From Octopus vulgaris (Eukaryota): a stretch of DNA of 64,000 nt. Location of the stretch: positions 55,614,001 through 55,678,000 of the forward strand of contig OX597827.1 in NCBI GenBank assembly GCA_951406725.2, in the 5' to 3' direction. The notes under the pieces were generated by a model. It ran no database searches. It was not told where the DNA came from and saw only the letters and a list, made by a program, of their open reading frames with translations. The translations under genes and the position numbers were made by a program. Shown here one piece after another: positions 39,023-51,700 of the stretch (the first letter of the stretch is position 1; every line of letters starts with the position of its first letter).

Positions 39023-42000
39023 CTGGAAAAAGACAGGACTAAACATGCTTAGTTTTGTCAAACAAGTCTATTAGATAAATACAAAAATAACAAAATAAAT
39101 ATCAATAACAAATTTTGACACAAGGCCAGCAATTTCAGGGGGTGGGGGTAACTCAATTTCATCGATCCCAGTACTCAACTGGTACCTATTTTATTGACCC
39201 CCCCCCCCTCCATGAAAGGCAAAGTAGACCTCAGCGGAATTTGAACTCGTAATGTGAAGACAGATGAAATGTTGCTAAGCATTTCACCCAGTATGCTAAC
39301 AATTCTGTCAGATATTAAAATTATATCAAATAATAACAACAGCAACACCTATAATAATATGACTACAGGTAAAACAACAACTTTCCAGACATCGATGATT
39401 TGGAGCTTCTTATAATCAGTGATTTACAAGCTAGAACTTCAAATTCTTGCAGCCACCAGATTAATTTACTAGTACCTTGCACAGTGTAGTAATAAACTAG
39501 TAATATACACTAATATACAGGTACTTACCTGTATTACATGTAATTATTTATGTAAATTTAATAAAAGGAGGTGAGGCACAATGTGTAATATTTACTGTAT
39601 CTTTGACTGTGAGAAAAAGTATTATCATCATCATCATTTAAAGTCCACTTTCCATGCTAGCATGGGTTGGACGATTTGACTGAGGACTGGCAAACCAGAT
39701 GGCTGCACCAGGCTCCAATCTGATCTGGCAGAGTTTCTACCGCTGGATGCCCTTCCTAACGCCAACCACTCCGAGAGTGTAGTGAGTGCTTTTACATGCC
39801 ACTGGCACGAGGGCCAGTCAGACAGTACTGGCAATGGCCACGCTCAAATGGTGTTTTTTATATGCCACCTGCACAGGAGCCAGTCTAGTGGCACTGACAA
39901 CGATCACACTCGAATGCTTTTTTCATGTGCCAGTAAGGCGGTGCTGGTAACGATCATGCTTGAATTTTGCTTTTTATGTGCCACCAGCACGGAAGCCAGT
40001 TAGCTGCTCTGGCATATTTTTTACAAATGGTCACTACTTTACAAAAACTATATCAGCTAAGCAAATGACCTTCTCTAAATGCATTATAAACACTATAACA
40101 TATTCAGAGTACTATTTCAGAAAATTATCTCTGTTCTCTTTTGAGCATACAGAAAACAAATTTCAGTGGGTCAAAATGAGTAAGATAGAATAAGGTAAGT
40201 TTGCCTCTTCAATTCCCCAGAAATAGATTTGAGAAAAAAAAAAAAGATTTATACACATATAATATGGTACCAGCAAGTTAACCACTTTCCTCAAAGAAAA
40301 AGTAAACATTTGCCATTTTTTTCCTTTCTCACAATCAAATATTCACATAACCAACACAGTGACAATAATTGGAATACTATTAGTTTTGATATCCATCTTC
40401 AGACATGAGAAAGATCAGAAATGTGACAACGATTTATATCTTGGTCAAATGAAAGTGGATCATGGAAAAATGGCATGTGATATGAAATTAATGAAACTTG
40501 ACCAAATCCAAAACTTCAACATAAAATATTCTCTATAGCTTTTTTATAATTTGCTGGAGTGGCCCTTTTCCTGATACTTTTACGCACCATGCAGTTTTAA
40601 AAAAAAATTGTCGAAATTAGTCATTACTCATTTTGCTTCACTTAGACATAATTTCTTGGATTCCTAGGACAGCAGCAGCAACAATGGTGGAGGGGCTGGG
40701 GTTGGGTGGAAGGTCGTAGAGTTATTAAGAACAATGACACACGCACACACACACATGTATTTGCATGACAATGAACATGAGTTAAAATTAAAACAGTTAT
40801 ATTTGAGTGAAGAACAAATATATAGTGTGTGTGCTTATTTGGTAAAAAAAAAAAAAGAAATGACCATCTTGAAATACAATAAAAACCAAAAATTATCCAA
40901 ATATTTTATTAGCAACCTCAATTAAAATCGGGTCAAACTTGTGAAAAAATTTCCTCTGTCAGTTATAAACTCTCTTAACTTCCAACAGCAACAATTAAGC
41001 TGACCAATTTTTACTTCCAATGATGATGCAACAATACAAAATACTGATGCAACACTTGCAATGTAATGGTTTCAAACAATAAGGAGAAAATCGGGAGAAA
41101 TCTGAAATATTTATTTTGCCCCACTTACCCATTGTGTCTCGCCCATTTGTTTAATTTTGAGAGTAACCATCCCTAGCTTGGAAACCCCCCCCCAATAATC
41201 CAAATGTCTTTGGAATCAAAATTTCAGGAAAATCAATGTTTTACCTGTAATAATACTTGTTTCTGATTTAGGTACATATAACTTCAGGAATAATATCAAA
41301 AATAAAAATAATAATAATAGCAATAATGAAATTTATATTAACAGTATAACAGGATGGTGAATTAGCAGAAATAGTAGATGCTAGTCTTTTGTGACTCTTT
41401 TCTATGGCTTGAGTTCAAATCTCACTGGCATAAACTTTATTTTTCTTCCATTCAGGGTCAATAAAATACGTGCTAATAATGCATCAGAGTTGATTCAGTT
41501 AAATACACCCATCCCATACAAAATAGAAATGGTTTTCTTGTGTACATTTTTATTATTAAGGAGTACATTTAAATGAATAAAATGAATAAAAAAAAAGGAA
41601 AAGAAATCAATAATCAATATCAACAACATTAATAATAGCATTTCATATAAAAAAAATTCACTTATTTTTGTTGAATGAAAAAAAGAAAAAAAAAAAAGAA
41701 AAAGAAAAATGGAAGGAAGGGTAAGACAGAAATCAATAATAACCACACTAATAATAGCGTCAGCATCAATAGATTGGGAGAGGTGAACCAACAACTCTTG
41801 TTAATTCTATGTTGATTTACCAAATCTTTATGCAAATAACCTCCTGCTATCAAAAACGTTTGGACATCATAATCCAACTCCTACTCTATTAGACAACATA
41901 GCCAACATACATGATATAAACTGCATGATGATGATATTTAACCAAGCCTAATACACTATATTTAAATGCAGGATGATATCAATGGACTTCCGCTAATGTC

Positions 42001-42929
42001 CTTGAATTCCGTGTTTTATCTGAATAAGTGATGAACTGGTCGGTTATTTACACTTAGTGGGGAAAAAAAAAACAACAAAACATCTGCTTGGTAAACTAGT
42101 CTTTTATTATAAGCTGCATCTAATTGTTGGCCCACTATTAAGCAGTATTTCTTCCTCTGCACTTCCTTTAAACACTTTTTATGTCACTTTGCATGTATGT
42201 ACACACACATACACACACATCTAATCACATCACATCACACATGTTTTCTCTTCCTTTCACATCTACATCAGTAGTTCCCAGCAAGTATTTCTGAACCCCA
42301 GGCGGTTCACAAAAGTAGCATGAATTTTGCTCAAGATTTTAAAAGGCTGTAGTGTAAAGTGTAAGATTAGTCACACATAATTCTTCAATGGCATATATCT
42401 TTCAATTGTGAGATGAAACTGGATAAACAAGTTTGTTGTAAGTCTATAGGATTGGATTATTCAGTAGACAAATCTTTCAAAAAGCCTGGTATCCATTGGA
42501 AAATTCGTTTCTATATAAAAGGAGTCCTTGGCAGTGAAAAGATTGAAAGTCATTGATCCACAGACCTACATTATACCAGATATATGCTCAAGTTGAGTCT
42601 ATAAATTATATCAACTTATCTATGCAAAATATTGATTTCAAATTTTGGCCAGCAATTTCAAGGGGCCAGCAATTTCAAGGAGCCAGCAATCAAGGGGCCA
42701 ACAATTTCAAGGGAGAGGGTAAGTCGATTGTATTGTCCTGAGTACTCAACTGGTACTTATTATATTGACCCTGAAAAAATGAAAGGTAAAGTTGACCTCG
42801 GTGGAATTTGAACTCTGAACGTAAAGACAGGCAAAATGCCGCTAAGCATTTTGCCCGGTGAGTAAACAATTCTGCCAACTCACTGCCTTTTCTTTTCTTT
42901 GCAAATATCAAATGGTAAACACAAATACG

Positions 42930-43200
42930 TAATATAGCACCACATGGTACTAATCTGATACCACATGAAATTAACCTAGTAACACATGGTACTAATCTAA
43001 TGCTGAATGGTACTAACCTAGTACTACATTGTACTAATCTGATATTATACAGTACTACATGGTACTATATGGTGCTACATGGTACTAAATGGTACTACAT
43101 GGAAGTTCATGGCACCAACCTGGTACTGTATAATCTAGTACTGCTTGCAACTAATTTGATGCCATATGATATCCATCTGGTACTACATGATCCCAATCTG
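42930..43200. repeat. Degenerate tandem repeat (TGGTACTACA / TGGTACTAATC units)
   Basis: Visible ~11/22-bp periodicity immediately downstream of the TEX36 exon 2 donor. Confidence 0.7.
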
Positions 43201-43253
43201 CTTTACCACTTATTACAAAAAGAAAAAAATAGGAAACAAAAACTAGTCATTAC

Positions 43254-43397
43254 CATTGTTTTCTGGTGAAATGGTAAGGGCTGATCATTTGCTCTCTCTT
43301 TTGATATTTTCAGAAATGGTTCTTCTAGCATCAGTTTTGTGGTAGTAGTGTTTCTTAAGCAGTTGTGGAAGGTAACACCTTTTCCTTGGAGGTCATA
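43254..43397 (-). CDS. TEX36: TEX36-like exon 2 (YDLQGKGVTF...QPLPFHQKTM)
   Basis: ctttgtag acceptor, ATG|gtaatg donor, open 144-nt frame. Confidence 0.75.
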
Positions 43398-44055
43398 CTA
43401 CAAAGATAAATATATTAGTCTAATAAATTGTACAGCTAATATACTTTATACCATGCTTTAATATACCTATCATACAATTATGGTGGTCCACCATTCAATA
43501 TACCTATAATTATACCAAATGGAGCTTAACAACAATACAATTGCATGTATCAAGAAAAAACATCTATATGGTTGCTCTACATGTTAGAAATGGCAGCCAA
43601 ATTTTTTCCCAATTTTACACACTACCATTATGAAAAATCAAGGATGCATTTGATAATATAGTCCCAAATGAATAATCTGGGGTAAATAAGACTGGAATGC
43701 ATTTAATCAAATGTCTGTTTGATTAGAGCCAAACTGGGGACTAAAAAACATCAGCATAACACATTTTTAGTTGGGACTGAGACAGAAAGTTATAATTTAG
43801 TGAAGCTTTGGAGTTGTATTTGAAGACTGAACCAATCATTTTTCTTATTTTGATTGGTTTATTTTTCTTTCTTAAGGACTTTATAGAAATGCAGTGTCAC
43901 ACAGATTAAAGAACAGAGAACAAAACTTTCATAAGACCTGGGTGGAGATAGCTAGCCAGAAGTTATGTCTTTTCCTAGGAAATTCTACAAGAAGCACCAG
44001 TCTTTACGTGCCAGATCTGTGACCAAGTCTGCATATTAAGAATTAGACTTTACAG

Positions 44056-44790
44056 TTACATCCAAAAGTTCTCTTCAACATTTACCTTTACAGGCTGTCT
44101 CTTTGTTTCTCTCCTAAAGTGATGAACCCAATACTCATCCTGGGTTAAGAAACGTTCAAAGAAACCAGCTGGATCTGCCTCAAATAATGTCAGATTTTCC
44201 TGTGATGTCATCCACTTGGTGCACTTTTGATGAAGTGTTAAGAGACATGGCACCCACCAAGCAGAAACCTTTGCCATGCCAAGTTCATTATGCATAGCAT
44301 GCTAAACTCTCTCATGGAATATGCTAATAGCTTTGGCTACTTGATTTACAGTCAATTGCCTGTCATCCATCACCATGTGGTGAACATGATCGATGTTTTC
44401 CTTGATGGTGGTGGTTGTCGGACATCCAGACCTTGGATCATCTTCAAGAATTTCTCTTCCCCTCCAAAATTCAGCTGCCTTCTTTTGCACTGTTGATAAA
44501 GTTTGAGCGTCATCCCCTAATGTAGCAACTCTATCAGCATGAATGCCCTTAGAGAATAAATTCTTTTTCTGCTGGTACTTAATAACACCACAAGGTCAAA
44601 TTTTTTCCCTTTTCAAGAGAATTCGTTATGAGTTATTTTTGAAGTCTTCTTTGAACAGTCAGATGTCAGTTTACCTGAACAGAAACAATGCAGTTATTAA
44701 TAAGAAGAGCTGAAATTAATGCATGCAAGATTTTACAGCCCTAGCATCACTCCTTCATGGTCAGTCTATGAACTTTACAGCCCTCCCTCG
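44056..44790 (-). mobile_element. Mariner transposase remnant
   Basis: LEDDPRSGCPTT, HNELGMAKVSAWWVPCLLT, FLTQDEYWVHHF (WVPxxL motif and first catalytic D); 5' end similar to the 890 copy. Confidence 0.8.
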
Positions 44791-45089
44791 TGTGTGTGTG
44801 TGTGTGTGTGTTCTTTGCCCTCCCTTTGGTCATATCTACTGTCGCTTTTTCATCAAACAAGTATCGTCTTTATATCATTCTATATATTATTTTATTATTA
44901 TGCCATTTACTTGTACAAAAATAGTCATTGATTAACATTACAGAATGAAATTGCCCTCAAAATGAATGGAGCCTACCAAGTTTTAGCAATGCAGATTCCA
45001 CAGCTGCATCCAAAAAAGGCCATCCAACTGACTGGTAATGAAGTCATTCACCAACACATTCCAACCTTTGGCCCAGTTGTGCTGTCCTC

Positions 45090-45310
45090 TCATCTTTTCT
45101 ATTACTATTACACTGGCCTCTTCTCTTTTCTATTACTATTACACTGGCCTCTTCTCTTTTCTATTACTATTACACTGGCCTCTTCTCTTTTTCATTATTA
45201 CACTGGCCTCTTCTCTTTTCCATTACTATAACACTGGCCTCTTCTCTTTTCCACTACTATTACACTGGCCTCTTCTCTTTTCCATTACTATTACGCTGGC
45301 CTCTTCTCTT
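45090..45310. repeat. Minisatellite, ~32-bp unit, about 7 copies
   Basis: TATTACTATTACACTGGCCTCTTCTCTTTTC repeated. Confidence 0.9.
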
Positions 45311-48300
45311 TAAAACTGCTGAGTTGCAAACCATTGTCACTAAGGCTTTTCAACTCATTTATCTCTTCTTTTTCATTACCCGTGTTGTGTTCTCACTTCA
45401 AGTACTGCTAACAACTTTGTCTAGTCTCTCCACTCCATAATGTCAATCCTTGAGAATTACCACTCGGCTGTTTAAGAGAGACATTAAATGCAATGATTTC
45501 ACCAGTCACAGAGGGTCTGTGACAGCTATGAATGTAGCTTCTTTCTCTAGAGCAAACCAGCAAAAAATAGCAAAAAAAAAAAAAATCTCATAAAACAAAA
45601 CCAAATAAAACTTGAAAGGCGAAGGATAATAAAAAGTTGTAAAAAATATTCACGGATCATTTATTTCTGAGCTCAATGGTATACATTGACTAGAATTAGA
45701 TATTATGTGTTGATAACAAGTACTGACATGCCTAAGCGGTTTTGGCCATTTCTGAGAACAGCTCTAAATACCAATCTGTTCAGTAAGCCCTAAAGGCTAA
45801 TTTATACAGAAAGCAAATGTGGTATTCTATACTACAATTCAGGATAGTAAATGTGACTGATAATAAATCTTGTTCCTAATAAGAATATAAACTGTATTTT
45901 CTCATACTTGACTATAATTACAACAATCAAGTTTATACTTGCTGATATTCTTATTTTCTAGATAAGAAAATAAGAATATTTATGTTTGTTTATATTGTTA
46001 TTGACAAGGACAATTGGATATAAATGATATGTTGTTTTAGAGACACTGAAAGCCTATATCCACATTGAAAAATGAGCTAAAGGTAATGAAAAGACTAATG
46101 ATAGAAATACTTGTGGTAGTGTTGTTGTTGTTGTTGTTGTTGTTGTTACTGCTGCATCAATGATGATGATGACAGTGATGATGACAATGACAATGAGGAT
46201 GATGATGATGATGATGATGATGACAACGATGATGATGATGATGTTAATGATAATGAAGATACTTTTAGCAGGGTAGGTTTATATGATTAACTAATTTAAA
46301 ATTCAAAAGGAGAGAACAATTTTCTTCTGATCAAAATACCATATGCTGTTTTCACCTGAAAAAGTAGACATTATATATAATCAAAACAAATAAACTAAAT
46401 AAAAGATTAACCAGTGAAGAAGGAGCTTCTAAATGATTGCTCAACATGCTAGGAAAAAAAAATGGTGGTGAAATTTTCCTCCCTCTCTGACATCTTAAAA
46501 AATGGAAGGAGACATCATCTTTTAACTGCCATGTTCCATGCTGGGATGAGTTGGATGATTTGACAGGGTTTGATTAGTATGGAGAACGGACGTTAAACGA
46601 TGATGATGTATGAGTGAATTTTTCATGGCACCAGCACTAGTGGAGTCAACATGTTACATGCAAGACAAGATCCATCACAGAGTGGGAGTGCAGTATTGAG
46701 GGAGGTGGCTCTGTGCCTGAGAGGTTAAAGTAAAAAGGAGAGAAATATGTGGAATAATGTATATCTTGAACCAAGATGAGAGCCTGCAAGACTGCTGAGA
46801 AGTTATCCTCAAACTGGAGGCCTGGCCTAAATGCTTACAATAGAGTGTATTCTAATAAAGGTACCCAATGGCCAGATGATGGTGTTAAATTGGGCAATGG
46901 ATTAAGCCAACCACTCAATGGGCTTCTACATAGTTTCTGTCTACCAGATGTCATTCACAAGTCTTTGAAAGAAAATTGGCCAAGGTGCTGTTCAGTAGGA
47001 TTGAACTTCAAACTATGCAATTGAGAAACAAAATTATTAACTACACTGCTTTACTTGCACTGTTCAACTATGGCTGATCTGGGATTAAAGAACAACAAAT
47101 ATAGAGAACTAGTTAAAACTGGATGAGGTGTTGAGCTGCAGACTTAAGAATCATTAGTTCTAATCTATTGCACATATTACACCGCAAATTCTCAGTTCAA
47201 TCAACAAAATAGCTTACTGCACTGTGTTTAAATACTGATGGAGCCAAGTCATATCTAATGTAAACTATGGTTATAGTAAGGATAGCACTGAAGAAAAATA
47301 AATACTGGATCTACATAAAATGAAACCTTGTTATCTCTTAACAATTTTTCTCTTGAATTCAGAAGTTTACTTTGTAGCTCCCAATAGTAAAAAGCTATTT
47401 TGCAAACCAGTTCAATTTACACCAGTTATATGTTTCTTTGCACTGGCTCCGGGAATGAAATTTACTTAAGGAGTTTACTTAATTTACTTATGTAGTGAGT
47501 TGTGTAGATTGGGTATAAGAATAGTATTACCCAAATAAATATTTGGATATGGTTATCTAGAATAACTTTTTACAGAATTTATATGTTCACACAGAATGCA
47601 TTCCGTACTACTCCAAATGTAGCTACGATATTAAACAAACACAGTAACCAATACGGATGATCAACACTGTCAAATGTACTGCTGTCAACTTCTGACAGTT
47701 CACACAATTCTTTATTTTATTGAAATTCGTTTGTCCCCTTTCAGTCACATGGGGTTGGTCAGGATCCTTCCACAAGAGGGGTACAAACCCAGGTCCAAAG
47801 TTTTTTACAAACAAGGTTTTATTTGTTTTTGTTATTTAATTTTGTTCTTTGTTCTTTGACTAGAAACCTACCCTCTCAAGCTCCTTTTTACAGATCACTT
47901 TTAATGCACTGTTTTCTAAACCTGAGAAGAATAAATAGGCATGCAAATTTTGATTTTGTGCCCACAAGAAATTTTAGAAGGTGTGCCTGCACCCTCTGTT
48001 CCCAGGCCCACGTTTCTTTGTAGATGATAAAATGGGTTCCAAAAGACATAAAGAAGCAACTGCCATGAAATGATTTGATTGTAAGGGCTCTTGTTGTAAT
48101 CATAGAAGAAACAAAAGATAGGGAGTATATATTGGTAATTTAAAGATGTTGAGTGCTGTTGGTAATACAAATTTGACTAAGCAGAATGGCCTTCAGTTAA
48201 GAATGTTGTTGATATGTAATCCAATAGCTAAATAGTCCATGGTAGGGCACATTAAAAACCTTATATTGTGTAAGACAATTTTCAGGATCAATTTTTGTTT

Positions 48301-49042
48301 TGAAGTAGGAACACTTACTAAGCTGAATGATGGTAGTCCATCCCAAGTAGCCTTTTTGTGAGAGAAGGGGTCAAACTCGAGGACTGCTCTGGACAGTATA
48401 AATTCTAGCTTCACTACTGAGTAGGGAGTTTTACTGTCATAAACTGCACAGACTTCTAATAGTTAGAAAGGGGATGAAATTGAATATGAAGGAGGAGCAG
48501 ATTAGGAGGGATGACTCCAGAGCATATGGGCCTGAATAGGAAAAAATACTGCTCACAGTAATGGAATAACCTGTAAGAAATAGAGCTGCCAATTGACTTC
48601 ATTAAATCAAAACTTTTGCATAATGTAAACAAAATTGAGCTAATAGAAATAACACAAAGTAGTCAGTGGCAAATTATACAAGTTAGCCAGGCTACAAATG
48701 TATTTTATGCCTTTTTCTATAAATGTAAGTCATTTGACTACTGGAGATAAGGTTGGAGAATTGTATTGTAGTGCTGATGATGGCTGATGAGCTAGAAATA
48801 CATGTTCATGAGTGTCCTGTTATTTCCAGACAATAAGCTTGTACTTTGGAGAATTCTTGATTCTTGCGATTATTTCCCTTTCTCACGTGGAGCTGATCTT
48901 AATTGCCATTTAGTAACTATCACACATCCACTAGAGGCAGAGATAAATTTAATAAATCAAGAATGTTCATTGTATGATATTTGATAAACCTATATTCATA
49001 TCACCACCACCACCACTACCGCTATTGTCATCATTGTCATCG

Positions 49043-49088
<46 letters not shown>

Positions 49089-49860
49089 ATTTGTCATTTA
49101 ATATTCATATCTATTTATCTATCTATCAATCTATTTAACTATATATATATATATAAGAAGAAGAAGAAAAAGAAAATGGAGACTGGGAAGTAAAAAAAAG
49201 CAGGTTAATTATCATCCTTTACAGCTGTTTCAATTAATACTCAGCAAATATTAAGTAAGTATTAAATTGATATGATCTGAGCAAAATATCTTTAGAGGGG
49301 AAAAAAACATCTTCTTGGATGTTTTATATGTGTTTATGGATTCATTATAGCAGACTGAATGATATTGTTTATGATTTGTATTGTTATATATTCAGGCGAG
49401 GGGTTAGGTTTCTTGTCAAAGAACAAAGAAAAAAATAAATAACAAAAATAATACAACTTTGTTTGTAAAAACATATAACAATATAAATCATAAACAATAT
49501 CATTCAGTCTGCTATAATGAATCCATAAACACATATAAAATATCCAAGGGCATATTTTTTCCTTCTGAAGATATTATGCTCAGGATATATAAATTTAATA
49601 TTTACTTAATATTTACAAAGTATTAACTGAAACAGCTGTAAGGCATGATGATTAATCTGCTGTTAATAATAAATAATTATTAACTTCCCAATCACCATTT
49701 TCTTTTTCTTCTTTTATATGAATATAAACTATATGTTTTTATATATATATACCAATTATTATAAGGAAATTGATTCTTCCAAAATACTAGGTATTGAACC
49801 AGCATTTCCTTGGATGAAACCATCCCTTCATGAGGTTATTACAACCTCTAATCAAGTTGA

Positions 49861-49896
<36 letters not shown>

Positions 49897-50080
49897 CATA
49901 CTATATAGTACATACACATACACATATATGTATCTATATATCTATAGATACACATAGATATATATATTTATAAATATACGAATAGAAATCTCTATATATA
50001 TGGGTACACACACATATATATATATATATATGATATATTATATCACAAACACATTTTACACACACACACACACACATATA

Positions 50081-50112
<32 letters not shown>

Positions 50113-50316
50113 CTTTATATGTGAGGGGTTTGTGTTGTCAGGTTGTGTTCCTGTTTGTGAATATGTTTTGTGATCTATTGATAAAAGGAAATCACTAAAA
50201 TAAGTACCAGGCTGAAATGATTACTAGAGTCACAAAAATTGACAAAAATTCTTGCTAGTGGTGCCCCTGTTTGGTTGCCGTCCAATAACTGCAACCAAAT
50301 AGGGACACCACTGGGA

Positions 50317-50412
<96 letters not shown>

Positions 50413-50491
50413 TGCATACACTTACAATATCCTCCACACATACACACACATGTATGAATGTATATATAAATAGACAGACAGACAGACAAAC

Positions 50492-50563
<72 letters not shown>
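50317..50563. repeat. (GATA)n/(GA)n compound microsatellite
   Basis: Read directly. Other microsatellites: (TAT)n 35300-35410, (GTT)/(GAT)n 46120-46260, (CAT)n 49040-49088, (CA)n 56945-56980. Confidence 0.95.
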
Positions 50564-50565
<2 letters not shown>

Positions 50566-50838
50566 GTGTAAAGATAGACATGTAGTGTTAATATTTCTAT
50601 TGATCAAATAGAATCAAATAAGAAAATTGTGATCTGTAACTACTTTTAATAAAGAAGAATGAAGAGAAACGTTATAGAATAAAACCAACTGAAAAACAAC
50701 TGAAATAAATACAAAAAAAACGTGATTCCCTAAAACTCATTATTTCTCTTTCCTCTCTTCTGCAAACCCCCCCCCCCTTTTTTTTTTTTACATTCTTTTT
50801 TTTTTAATTATAAAAACAATAAACAATAAAATCCATAC

Positions 50839-50886
50839 CCAGTCAATTTCATCAGAAGCGGGTAGTTTAAACTTTGTCTTCGTCAT
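50839..50886 (-). CDS. TEX36: TEX36-like exon 1 (MTKTKFKLPASDEIDW)
   Basis: ATG at 50886 in a CpG-rich region; TGG|gtatgg donor. Confidence 0.8.
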
Positions 50887-50889
50887 AGT

Positions 50890-51700
50890 AAGTTAATTCA
50901 CGGTAAAATAAGTCGTTCATTCACCAAGATAAAAAAGTTAGATTGAGAGTCGGCGGCTGCAGACGACAATCAAGAAATGACGTCATCAATAAGCAGCAGT
51001 TTCGGTTGAAACAATGAACAAAACGAATGGATTCGTCATTGGCTCATTAGATCAGACGTTTGATCACTGACTAAAAAAGCTCAATGGTTCGAATCCCATC
51101 GGCGGTGTATTGTGTTGACGGGGAAAGAAAAGACAAATTGCATCAGGGTCACATTTTTGCAGAATGAAGTATTTCGAACGGGTATTACTGATAGTGGCTG
51201 AGTTCTAATGCCGCCGAGGTCGATTTTAACTTCCATCCTTTTGGGATCAATAAAATGAGTATCAATTTAGCACTGGCGTCGAAGAAATCGATTAACCACT
51301 TCCCCACAAAATTGCTAGCCTTGTACCATAATTTGAAACCATTACTGACAGTGATGTAGCGTGGGGTATGCGGACCGCACCAGCCAACAACTTTATATAC
51401 GTGTTTGCTGTTGTTAAAGGAATATTCCTTAAAAGGAAGGTCATGGCCAATTTGGCTACTGCAAAGAGCGATACTGAGGTCTATTATAAATGCTGTTATC
51501 TGTCCTGGTCTGTGATAAAAATGCTCACACTTTCAATCTACTTTATTTCTATCTCCACATTCCTAAGTGGACGAAAGGTTAACGTTATAAAGCGGACAGT
51601 TAGACATTAATATTTACACAATTAGTTTAGCCATATCAAAGACGTTCCTGTCGTGACTATGACGTCACATTTTCGAACATTTTCGTTTATTTTCCCTTAG
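50890..51700 (-). promoter_or_regulatory. Putative TEX36 promoter with two full CRE palindromes
   Basis: TGACGTCA at 50978-50985 and 51660-51667; CGTCA plus ATTGG near 51034-51041; locally CpG-rich. Confidence 0.45.

Larger units (their letters stand above)
34678..50886 (-). other. TEX36: Gene span: TEX36-like (HDNR-motif family), 4 coding exons, 209 aa
   Basis: Exons 50886-50839, 43397-43254, 39022-38942 and 35034-34678 join in frame, all phase 0. The MTK...W N-terminus, FSEHDNRN motif, GR(R/K) start of the last exon and RRFP motif match vertebrate TEX36 as I recall it. Confidence 0.85.

Noticed and set aside
41922-42035. Possible C/D snoRNA (ATGATGA...TCCGTGTTT...CTGA, U18-like guide)
   Set aside because: Only ~9 nt of rRNA complementarity, wrong spacing to the D box, no terminal stem, and antisense to the host gene.
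45090-45310. CRISPR-like periodic array
   Set aside because: Contiguous units without unique spacers in eukaryotic DNA; a minisatellite.
48770-48810. Tandem CTGATGA followed by GAAA
   Set aside because: No room for stem II and no supporting stems, so not called a hammerhead.
48981-49193. Poly-His ORF
   Set aside because: Translation of a (CAT)n microsatellite.
51030-51110. tRNA-like segment with GGTTCGAATCCC B box
   Set aside because: No consistent cloverleaf; acceptor and anticodon stems do not pair. More likely a decayed SINE head.
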